Assembly (NCBI GenBank): GCA_002346475.1
Contig: DDZV01000026.1
Location: 8 to 64,007 of the forward strand
Direction of reading: 5' to 3'
DNA: 64,000 bases
Source of the DNA: Acidobacteria bacterium UBA2999
GTDB taxonomy: Bacteria; Acidobacteriota; Vicinamibacteria; Vicinamibacterales; UBA2999
How positions within the stretch are numbered: the first letter of the stretch is position 1; the number at the start of each line of letters is the position of its first letter. Both the position numbers and the translations under genes were made by a program. Shown here one piece after another: positions 52,321 through 60,192 of this stretch. The notes under the pieces are model-generated. The model saw nothing but the letters and a program-made list of their open reading frames with translations, was not told the origin of the DNA and searched no databases.

Positions 52321-52815
52321 ATGAGCCGAATCTTAGCTATTCCGTTCTTCGCAGTACTTTCAATTGGCTTGATAGTTTCGATTTCTGGCTCGGAAAAGAA
52401 ACATGACTTATCTGGTGTGTATGCTTGTACTGGTACTAGTCCAGGGGGTCGATCTTATCGGGCTATTGTCACAATTGTTGGTCAAGGTAATGTTTATCGT
52501 TTACGTTGGACCTTTGCAGGGGAACGAGGCAACATCGGAATAGGTATTGTCCATGGCAATACTCTCTCGGTGAGTTATCACAGTGGAAGATCTAACGGTA
52601 TTGTGGTGTACGACATTAACGAATCAAAAGAACTCGTCGGTGAGTGGACCGTTGTAGGTGCTGATGGGGTGATTTTCAAAGAGACTTTGACAAAATTGCC
52701 CGCTTCCTATCAGGGAGAGCAGCCAAGATTGCCACAACCGAGATCACCGCAACCGAGAGATAGGGGAGCTCCCAATTCTGAAAGCGAATTAGAGAATCCT
52801 ATTATCGAATTGTGA
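52321..52815 (+). CDS. Hypothetical exported protein with a Pro/Gln/Arg-rich C-terminal tail
   Basis: 164 aa. Signal peptide, a beta-rich core (YRAIVTIVGQGNVYRLRWTF...GIGIVHGNTLSVSY...LVGEWTVVGADG), then a tail EQPRLPQPRSPQPRDRG encoded by a short direct DNA repeat. Confidence 0.55.
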   Translation: MSRILAIPFFAVLSIGLIVSISGSEKKHDLSGVYACTGTSPGGRSYRAIVTIVGQGNVYRLRWTFAGERGNIGIGIVHGNTLSVSYHSGRSNGIVVYDINESKELVGEWTVVGADGVIFKETLTKLPASYQGEQPRLPQPRSPQPRDRGAPNSESELENPIIEL

Positions 52816-52870
52816 TTAGGTGTTTTGTAAAACTTTTTCGCAGATAAACTGAAAGATAAGGGGAATTGGT

Positions 52871-54139
52871 ATGAAAGGCACGCACCGTCTTTTTATTAGT
52901 CTACTGGGTTCTTTGATGTTGGTTGTCACTGGTTGTGGTGGAGGCGAATTAGACAATGCGCCTGTTTCCCAAGAACAAGACGATAACCAAGTTCCAATCT
53001 TTGAAGTTGATCCACTGTGGCCGAAACCACTCCCCAATAATTGGGTAACTGGCGGGGTAGTTGGAGTTGCGGTAGATAAAGATGAGAACATTTGGATTGC
53101 GCATCGGTCCACTTTTATTGCAGCCAATGACCGTTCAGCAGACAATGGGGTTTCTTCAATTTGCTGTGTTTCCGCTCCTCCGATTCTTGTTTTTAATCAG
53201 GCTGGAGATCTCATCAAGAGTTGGGGGCCTCAACGACAGGCCTCCGGCACGGCTGGGGCCATTGCGACTGGCGATGTGGAAGTGGTGCCAGGATGGGAAC
53301 AATGGGCTCAGTCAGAACATGGATTGACTATTGATTACAAAGGGTTTCTCTGGACTGGTGGCAATGGACAGAAAGACAGTCGCGTCCTGAAATTTACTCT
53401 GGATGGCGAGTTCGTGATGGCGATTGGTAATTATGCGCCGTATGGTACTGATGGTCCTGGTCATGATGGGGGACCTAGCAGTGACGATACTGAAAATCTT
53501 AATAAACCAACAAAGGCATGGGTAGATCCTGCAACCGACGAAGTATATATCTCTGATGGATACGGAAACCGTCGTGTGGTTGTGTTTGATGCTGACACTG
53601 GCGAGTATAAGCGCCATTGGGGTGCATACGGTGGAGTTCCAGACGATGACGATCCCTACAATGCAACACGTGGAGGTGTTGACGAGACCTATGATCCCGA
53701 TATTGCGTCAAAACAGTTTGGTCGGGCCACACACGGTATCACCGTGTCTCTAGACAGTATCGTCTACCTTGCTGATCGCACGAATAACCGCGTTCAGTCT
53801 TTTTCAGCTGACGGGACATTTTTAAAAGAAGTCTTCATTGATAGGCATTCGCGCGGATTTGGATCTGCGTTTGATGTGGCTTTGTCGTCCGATCCTGAGC
53901 AACGGTTTCTGTACGTCGCGGATGGGATGAATTCGCGTGTTGTCGTTGTGCGACGTGACACGATGGAAGTTGTTTCCAGGTTTGGTCACGGAGGGCCCTA
54001 TCCCGGAGGGATGTATGCACTCCACAGCCTCGCTACTGATTCCCAAGGGAATCTCTATACAGGGGAGACCTTGCATGGGCGACGTGTACAGCGTTGGATC
54101 TATAAGGGTTTAGGCCCGATGGGTGACACGGGCGAATAG
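52871..54139 (+). CDS. NHL-repeat six-bladed beta-propeller lipoprotein, peptidyl-alpha-hydroxyglycine alpha-amidating lyase (PAL)-like
   Basis: 422 aa. Lipobox LVVTGC. Reiterated NHL units (VYISDGYGNRRVVVFD, VYLADRTNNRVQSFSADG, LYVADGMNSRVVVV, LYTGETLHGRRVQRW). Blade-position His residues (IAHRS, SEHGLTID, THGITV, ALHSLATD) are reminiscent of the PAL domain. Confidence 0.72.
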   Translation: MKGTHRLFISLLGSLMLVVTGCGGGELDNAPVSQEQDDNQVPIFEVDPLWPKPLPNNWVTGGVVGVAVDKDENIWIAHRSTFIAANDRSADNGVSSICCVSAPPILVFNQAGDLIKSWGPQRQASGTAGAIATGDVEVVPGWEQWAQSEHGLTIDYKGFLWTGGNGQKDSRVLKFTLDGEFVMAIGNYAPYGTDGPGHDGGPSSDDTENLNKPTKAWVDPATDEVYISDGYGNRRVVVFDADTGEYKRHWGAYGGVPDDDDPYNATRGGVDETYDPDIASKQFGRATHGITVSLDSIVYLADRTNNRVQSFSADGTFLKEVFIDRHSRGFGSAFDVALSSDPEQRFLYVADGMNSRVVVVRRDTMEVVSRFGHGGPYPGGMYALHSLATDSQGNLYTGETLHGRRVQRWIYKGLGPMGDTGE

Positions 54140-54158
54140 TAGGCAATCCCTGCTAGGG

Positions 54159-54245
54159 TGGTGCGGAAGCGGGGACTCGAACCCCGATGACCTTGCGGCC
54201 ACTAGCTCCTGAAGCTAGCGCGTCTGCCAATTTCGCCACTTCCGC
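54159..54245 (-). tRNA. tRNA-Leu (anticodon CAG), CCA encoded
   Basis: Reverse complement is GCGGAAGTGGCGAAATTGGCAGACGCGCTAGCTTCAGGAGCTAGTGGCCGCAAGGTCATCGGGGTTCGAGTCCCCGCTTCCGCACCA. It folds as a cloverleaf with a long variable arm, anticodon loop TTCAGGA and T-loop GGTTCGAGTCC. Confidence 0.92.
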
Positions 54246-54285
54246 ACAGTGTGGACACCTGGTGATTAACTATCGAATATTAACG

Positions 54286-54361
54286 TGGTGAGCCGGGGGG
54301 GAATCGAACCCCCAACCCGCAGATTAAGAGTCTGCTGCTCTGCCAATTGAGCTACCGGCCC
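54286..54361 (-). tRNA. tRNA-Lys (anticodon CTT), CCA encoded
   Basis: Reverse complement is GGGCCGGTAGCTCAATTGGCAGAGCAGCAGACTCTTAATCTGCGGGTTGGGGGTTCGATTCCCCCCGGCTCACCA. Anticodon stem GCAGA/TCTGC with loop CTCTTAA. Confidence 0.92.
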
Positions 54362-54373
54362 GTTGAGGTAACG

Positions 54374-55564
54374 CTACCACAGTGTGACTAGATAGAAAAT
54401 AGCTGTGCCACCGAGGAGGACAATTCCAGAGTACGACAAAATCATCAATGTTCGTCCGGGTTGGTATTGCGTTGCAACGTTAGGTCCGGTGACCGCACGA
54501 AGATTCAAGTAGCCTAAGATGGGTCCTGTCATAAATGAAACAATTGTTGCAAAATCAATCATCACAGTCAGACTGCCCGCGAAGAGAGCTACCACAATGA
54601 CCGTTAGCACACCAAGTACAAGGCTAGCAATTTGATAGACAGTTCCGGTGTCACCGTAGTGCATACCCTGCGTTTCAGCAGTGCGGATGACATCTACCGT
54701 TCTTGCGATGACTCGAGGAAATCCATCTACAACTGTTAGTGCGGTCGAAAACATTGTTGTGACAACAGCCGCAAAAACAATGGGCCTAGTCCATTCGCCT
54801 AATGTTTGGCTGTAGAGATCGATGAGTTGCAGAGAAAACTGGGGTCCAGCATTGTTAAAAGCAGTTCCTGATTGGTACATAACACCTGCACCAAGGAGAA
54901 GGAACGCGAAAGCCAACCCTCCAGTGGCGATATAGCCAATACGGAAATCTAGCAAGGCATGTGCCATGCTCGTGCGTGTCCCGCGTTCTTGGTCTTTGGC
55001 CACAGTCCACACAGAACTCCAGGCCGCAATATCAATAGCTGAGGGCATCCAGCCTGCAAGCGCAATGATGAATGCAAATGGTACCGCGGCTGATACTGGT
55101 GGCCAGAGAGCTATCGTCTGAAAGTCCACACGAGGAAGCGTCAATGTCGCTGCACAGGCTGTGGAGATAGCTAGAATGACCAAAATAATTTTAATTGTTC
55201 GATCAAGAATTTTAAATTTCCCAATTCTCAGAATCGTTGCACAAACAATCAGTAAGAGTGCTGCAATAACTGGCAAAGGGAGTGACAATCCAAAAGCAAC
55301 CTGAATTAAAAATGACGTGAATAGGATCACGGCTGTTTGTACGATAAGTGCGGTTGAGAGCGTAATTGCTAGGTAGAGCCAGACGGCCCAGATACCAATA
55401 CGTCCATAGCCATCGATCAAACTTTCACCAGTGGCGACTGTATAACGGGGTCCGTACTCGAAGAATGGGTATTTCAGAATAAGGGCAAGAATAATGACAC
55501 CGCTCAGTGCAAAACCCGCGTCCGCACCAGCACGAGTGGACTGCACGAGGTGTGAAACGCCCAC
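54374..55564 (-). CDS. NRAMP-related divalent metal cation transporter
   Basis: 396 aa from the first canonical start (GTG 55564). About 11 hydrophobic helices. N-terminal GVSHLVQSTRAGADAGFAL. The frame stays open 27 codons further upstream (to 55645), and that stretch encodes ...SFGPGLLWAATAV, so the true N-terminus is probably longer (see findings). Confidence 0.8.
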   Translation of the reverse strand: MGVSHLVQSTRAGADAGFALSGVIILALILKYPFFEYGPRYTVATGESLIDGYGRIGIWAVWLYLAITLSTALIVQTAVILFTSFLIQVAFGLSLPLPVIAALLLIVCATILRIGKFKILDRTIKIILVILAISTACAATLTLPRVDFQTIALWPPVSAAVPFAFIIALAGWMPSAIDIAAWSSVWTVAKDQERGTRTSMAHALLDFRIGYIATGGLAFAFLLLGAGVMYQSGTAFNNAGPQFSLQLIDLYSQTLGEWTRPIVFAAVVTTMFSTALTVVDGFPRVIARTVDVIRTAETQGMHYGDTGTVYQIASLVLGVLTVIVVALFAGSLTVMIDFATIVSFMTGPILGYLNLRAVTGPNVATQYQPGRTLMILSYSGIVLLGGTAIFYLVTLW

Positions 55565-55645
55565 GGCCGTTGCTGCCCAAAGTAGCCCTGGGCCGAAACT
55601 GCTCCAGAAGGAGGAAGAGGTTTTTGGTTCCAGCGTGCCTTGATG

Positions 55646-56338
55646 TTACTTCGGTTTTGTTTCTGTAGTGATCTCTTTTTCGTCGAAGTAATCAACTTTA
55701 TGGAGTGGCATGACTACTGCAGACAAGATATTTAACACGTGGCTATCAATTCGTTTGTAGTAGCGCGTGGCAAGAACGGCAGCGGTTGTGGAGGCGGCAT
55801 CGTACTTACTTCGGCTAATTTTTCCTAGGAGTGCATCACAACGATGAGCAAGATCGCGACCCTGAGCAATAAGCTCGATTGCGCGTTCGCTATTCGATGT
55901 CGTAAAGACATCAAGGGCAAGCTGGTAGGCACTTTCAACTCCAGAACGAATTTCACCAAGCTCACTTGTAATCTCATCATCTGGAAGGACGGAATGGCGC
56001 AAGTCAATGACTTCTGACAAATTTTTTGCGTAGTCCCCGAGGCGCTCGACATCTTTAACTAATGACATCAGAAGTAAGCAATAAGGGACATCCGCGCGAT
56101 GTCCAGCCACTGACATATGGGCAACTACCTTTTTTCGAATGGTGCGTTGCAGCTTATTGACCTCTCGGTCTTTTTGATAGAGCAGCGTTCGTAATTCAGG
56201 ATTAGCGTGGCCTTCGAACAGCATATTGCCTGCAGAAATTGTCATTTCATTAGTGATCGTGAACATCTTAGCGAAGCTGTCGCCAATCGCTCTTAATGGG
56301 TTATTCGTGCGAAATATGCTAAGGAGTTCAAGCAACAT
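55646..56338 (-). CDS. PhoU-domain protein (stand-alone counterpart of the C-terminal half of YjbB-type Na/Pi cotransporters)
   Basis: 230 aa, all-helical, with the PhoU-type motif LVKDVERLGDYAKNLSEV and a second repeat. Starts 9 nt after the Na/Pi cotransporter gene. Confidence 0.72.
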   Translation of the reverse strand: MLLELLSIFRTNNPLRAIGDSFAKMFTITNEMTISAGNMLFEGHANPELRTLLYQKDREVNKLQRTIRKKVVAHMSVAGHRADVPYCLLLMSLVKDVERLGDYAKNLSEVIDLRHSVLPDDEITSELGEIRSGVESAYQLALDVFTTSNSERAIELIAQGRDLAHRCDALLGKISRSKYDAASTTAAVLATRYYKRIDSHVLNILSAVVMPLHKVDYFDEKEITTETKPK

Positions 56339-56347
56339 AGATGTACC

Positions 56348-57508
56348 TCATAGTACTCGTGTTAAGAATAAAATCAACGTAGGTACTCCGTAGAAGAGGG
56401 TTGCAACGACCACTACTGTCAATCGACGTGATCGAATGGCAATTTGTGTTAATGCCTGTGCTGCCCTGAGTGGGACCCTTCTAATAGCCTTGATGGGATA
56501 AATTAACAACGTTCCACTGATATTAAAAAACAGATGTACTAAGGCAATCTCAAGGCCAGCCATTGCATTTGCTCCAGCCACGCCGAGAGCCGCCAATAGG
56601 GCTGTGATTGTGGTACCAACATTTGCCCCAATGGTAATGGGAAACGCTCGTTCTAAACTCAGGAGTCCAGCTGCTGCGAGAGGTACAAGTACCGAGGTTG
56701 TAATTGAGCTAGATTGCACCATGACCGTGATGGTAATCCCAACAAGGATCGCGAGAAGTGGGCTGGAGCCAAGTGACTTATCCACGATACCTTCAACTTT
56801 TGTATTCACCAGGCTACGCAAAACTTTTACAAGTAAGTACAGGGCTGTAAAGATCAATGTGACGCTTAGACCGATAAGCACGATTGCTTGCGGGCCAGCA
56901 TTAAGAAAAATAGATTCCACTGCTAGTGTAATGGGTTCCATGCCTGCACTTAATAAAGTCTTCAGTGGGCTCTCATACTGATACCCACTGAAGCCTTGAA
57001 TGAGTGTTCCTAGGGTAGTCGCAGTTTTTTGAAGAAAACCAGTGTAGACCTCTAAGGGCAATAGCAACACTACACAGATGTAGTTAAAAATATCGTGGCA
57101 GATTGCGACTGGGAACGCTTTCTCAAATTCTTCTCGGCGTCCCATGTGAGCAAGCGACACAATCGTATTTGTTACTGTCGTGCCAATATTCGCTCCCATA
57201 ATCATCGGTACAGCATTACTGAGCGGAAGCGGGTTTTCTGGGGCAGCAACCAAACCGACGATCATTGCAGTTGATACTGAGGAACTCTGGACGAGAGTGG
57301 TAGCTAACAGGCCAACAATTAAACCTACAAATGGGTCTGCTGTGGCGCGAAAGAAACCTTCAACGACATCTTGACCGAGAAGTTTGAACCCATCGCCAAG
57401 TCCTTTGACGCCTAGTAGGAAGATAAAAAGTAGAAAGAGTGCTGCTGTCGCACGACTAAAAATAAACGTGCCCAAAGAAACTTTGTCAGGTTTATTAGGA
57501 ATAAACAC
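56348..57508 (-). CDS. Na+/phosphate cotransporter family (NptA-type) membrane protein
   Basis: 386 aa (GTG start). Duplicated Na_Pi_cotrans repeats (VQSSSVSTAMIVGL...IMGANIGTTVT and VQSSSITTSVLVPL...TIGANVGTTIT). Confidence 0.87.
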   Translation of the reverse strand: MFIPNKPDKVSLGTFIFSRATAALFLLFIFLLGVKGLGDGFKLLGQDVVEGFFRATADPFVGLIVGLLATTLVQSSSVSTAMIVGLVAAPENPLPLSNAVPMIMGANIGTTVTNTIVSLAHMGRREEFEKAFPVAICHDIFNYICVVLLLPLEVYTGFLQKTATTLGTLIQGFSGYQYESPLKTLLSAGMEPITLAVESIFLNAGPQAIVLIGLSVTLIFTALYLLVKVLRSLVNTKVEGIVDKSLGSSPLLAILVGITITVMVQSSSITTSVLVPLAAAGLLSLERAFPITIGANVGTTITALLAALGVAGANAMAGLEIALVHLFFNISGTLLIYPIKAIRRVPLRAAQALTQIAIRSRRLTVVVVATLFYGVPTLILFLTRVL

Positions 57509-57567
57509 AGGTGGACAGATGATAGGCGAGAGAGTTCTCGAAATTGTTAAAACAAGGTTAAATAAGA

Positions 57568-57644
57568 TGGCGCGCCCGGCAGGATTCGAACCTGCGACCT
57601 TTCGCTCCGGAGGCGAACGCTCTATCCAGCTGAGCTACGGGCGC
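57568..57644 (-). tRNA. tRNA-Arg (anticodon CCG), CCA encoded
   Basis: Reverse complement is GCGCCCGTAGCTCAGCTGGATAGAGCGTTCGCCTCCGGAGCGAAAGGTCGCAGGTTCGAATCCTGCCGGGCGCGCCA. Anticodon stem TTCGC/GCGAA with loop CTCCGGA. Confidence 0.92.
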
Positions 57645-57693
57645 ATGGAGCTATTTCAAGAATTACATTTAATGCAAGCTACAGGGACATACG

Positions 57694-57770
<77 letters not shown>

Positions 57771-57881
57771 ATAATTTTGAATAATATCATGCTGTATCTA
57801 TGCCATTGGATGAGATCAATTCTTTAGGTTCTTGATTCTTTATCGTCACACCTTATCTTCAAAAGGATGTACATTTAGGTT

Positions 57882-59216
57882 GTGACCTGGTATCAACAAA
57901 CACACTGGCGCATTCTTCTTGCTCTTGGGCTTGGCTTGCTCTATGGCGTGGTGGCAGCGATTGCCGGGTGGGGGAGTTTTACCGAGGATTGGATCACTCC
58001 ATTTGGCACTATTTTCCTCCGTCTTTTATTGCTTGTCGCAGTTCCCTTGGTGCTGGCTTCGCTGATTACTGGAATTGCATCGTTGGCGGATCTCCGGAAA
58101 CTTTCGCGTATTGGCGGAAAGACGATAGCTCTCTATCTCAGCACAACACTCGTTGCGTTGATCATTGGCCTGAGCATTGTGAATTTACTGCGCCCAGGAG
58201 AGACCATTCCAGAGAACCTCCGTACACGACTTCAATTGACATATCAGAGCGATGCTGCTGATCGTGAGCTAGATGCACAGGAGGCAACACAACGTGGACC
58301 TTTGCAACCATTAGTTGACATGGTTCCTGAGAATCTCATCGGTGCAACTAGCGATAATCGAAACATGTTGAATGTCGTGTTCATAGCTTCTCTCTTTGGG
58401 ATTGCTCTCATGCTTGTACAGAGAGATAAAGCTAAACCGTTACTTGATTTTTTTGAAAGTATTGACGCTGTCATTATTAAAGTGGTCGAAATGGTGATTG
58501 CTTTTGCTCCCTTTGGCGTGTTCGCTTTGATTGCTGGAACAATTACTGAGCTTTCTGGTGACAGCTCAGCCGATGTAATCCAATTGTTAGGAGCACTAGG
58601 ATTCTACTGTTTAGTAGTCATTCTAGGCATGGCTATGCAGGTCTTCCTGACATACACGTTACTTTTACGATTGTTTACCCCACTCAAGTTGCGGCACTTT
58701 TTTCGTGGCATTGTTCCAGCCCAACTCGTTGCATTTTCTACGTCATCGAGTGCAGCTACGCTGCCGGTAACGATGAAAAACACCCAGCGAAATCTTGGCG
58801 TGTCTGAGGAAGTCGCCTCTTTCGTATTACCCCTTGGCGCAACTATTAACATGGATGGAACGGCTTTATACCAAGCGGTTGCGGCTGTGTTCATCGCGCA
58901 GACATTAGGTATTGCGCTTGATCTTTCAGCTCAACTAACAATCATTTTTATGGCACTGTTAGCATCAATTGGGACAGCAGCAGTCCCTAGTGCTGGCGTT
59001 GTGATGCTGGTCATTATTCTTGAGGCGGTCGGGGTGCCGATTGCTGGCATTGCGCTTATCCTTGGAGTCGATCGCATTCTTGATATGGTTCGCACGGCAG
59101 CGAATGTTACTGGCGATGCCACTGTAGCGTCTGTGATTGCAGCTAGCGAGAACCAACTTTCAGCAACTGCAGTGAATGGGCTCGGTGACCCTAGAGACTT
59201 ACCGTCAAAAACTTAA
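57882..59216 (+). CDS. Dicarboxylate/amino acid:cation symporter (DAACS/GltP family)
   Basis: 444 aa (GTG start). Typical family motifs AFSTSSSAATLPVT, PLGATINMDGTALYQ and DRILDMVRTAANVTGD. Confidence 0.9.
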   Translation: MTWYQQTHWRILLALGLGLLYGVVAAIAGWGSFTEDWITPFGTIFLRLLLLVAVPLVLASLITGIASLADLRKLSRIGGKTIALYLSTTLVALIIGLSIVNLLRPGETIPENLRTRLQLTYQSDAADRELDAQEATQRGPLQPLVDMVPENLIGATSDNRNMLNVVFIASLFGIALMLVQRDKAKPLLDFFESIDAVIIKVVEMVIAFAPFGVFALIAGTITELSGDSSADVIQLLGALGFYCLVVILGMAMQVFLTYTLLLRLFTPLKLRHFFRGIVPAQLVAFSTSSSAATLPVTMKNTQRNLGVSEEVASFVLPLGATINMDGTALYQAVAAVFIAQTLGIALDLSAQLTIIFMALLASIGTAAVPSAGVVMLVIILEAVGVPIAGIALILGVDRILDMVRTAANVTGDATVASVIAASENQLSATAVNGLGDPRDLPSKT

Positions 59217-59222
59217 CCACGT

Positions 59223-59936
59223 TTGAGATTGTCCATGTCTATAAAAAGTTTTTTTCAGCGCACATTTTTGTTCTCAGTTCTAATAATTTTGTTCTTCAGT
59301 ACATATGCATGGGCGACAAGCCAGCAGGAGAGCGTCCATCCACTTAGTGGCCGTCCTTATTCAGGCACGATGAGTGTTGCAGGCGCTGCTTGGCTTGATC
59401 GTGCAGAGCGTGAAGAAGAAGAGAGGCCAGACAAAGCTCTTGAAATTATTGGCGTTCCCTCTGGTGCTGTAGTTGCAGATATCGGCGCGGGGTCGGGATA
59501 CTTTACCTTGCGCCTATCTAATTTAGTCGGACCAACTGGGCATGTTTATGCTGTTGATATTCAGGAAGGCATGCTTAGAATCATTCAGCGAAAACTTGAA
59601 CGGAATCAGATTAGCAACGTATCGCTTGTGCTTGGTTCTCAGGAAAGCTCAGGGTTAGCAGAAGCTTCTCTTGATCTGGCGCTCATGGTAGACGTTTATC
59701 ACGAGTTGGCCCAGCCGCAAATGCTGCTTCAGCAACTTTACTTAGCACTGAAGCCTGGTGGGCGACTCGCACTGCTAGAGTACCGAGCAGAGGATCCGGC
59801 GATTCCAATTCTTCCTCTTCATAAAATGACTGTGGCAGATGCCAAGCTTGAGGTTGAACACGAGGGTTTTGAATTGACAACCGTTAAATCCCACGACCTA
59901 CCGTGGCAACACGTATTAATTTTTACAAAACCTTGA
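59223..59936 (+). CDS. Class I SAM-dependent methyltransferase with an N-terminal signal/anchor sequence
   Basis: 237 aa (TTG start in track; ATG at 59235 is an alternative). Hydrophobic N-terminus FLFSVLIILFFSTYAWA, then methyltransferase motif I VVADIGAGSGYFT and a post-I/II region (LKPGGRLALLEY). Confidence 0.8.
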   Translation: MRLSMSIKSFFQRTFLFSVLIILFFSTYAWATSQQESVHPLSGRPYSGTMSVAGAAWLDRAEREEEERPDKALEIIGVPSGAVVADIGAGSGYFTLRLSNLVGPTGHVYAVDIQEGMLRIIQRKLERNQISNVSLVLGSQESSGLAEASLDLALMVDVYHELAQPQMLLQQLYLALKPGGRLALLEYRAEDPAIPILPLHKMTVADAKLEVEHEGFELTTVKSHDLPWQHVLIFTKP

Positions 59937-59976
59937 GACAGTTAGTTTGGAGGCTCTTCTTTTTGTGTGCTGAACT

Positions 59977-60177
59977 TTAGGAATTTTCAGCAGGCACGGG
60001 TTTTTTGTCCGATTGCCGTAACGGACAAGTATCGCAAGACACTACTTCACCTTGGGCATCGAGTACGTCAGGTCCTCCACAGGAACCTCTAAGGCATCGA
60101 TTTGTGAAGCGTTGCCCAATAGCCATGATAGCCATGACGGCCACTACAACGAAAAAAGTTAGAATAAGAAGACCCAT
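59977..60177 (-). CDS. nqrM: (Na+)-NQR maturation factor NqrM
   Basis: 66 aa. One TM helix followed by the Cys pattern C..GSCGG...........C..C. Located directly downstream of apbE at the end of the nqr operon. Confidence 0.75.
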   Translation of the reverse strand: MGLLILTFFVVVAVMAIMAIGQRFTNRCLRGSCGGPDVLDAQGEVVSCDTCPLRQSDKKPVPAENS

Positions 60178-60192
60178 AGTAGAAGGCTCCTC

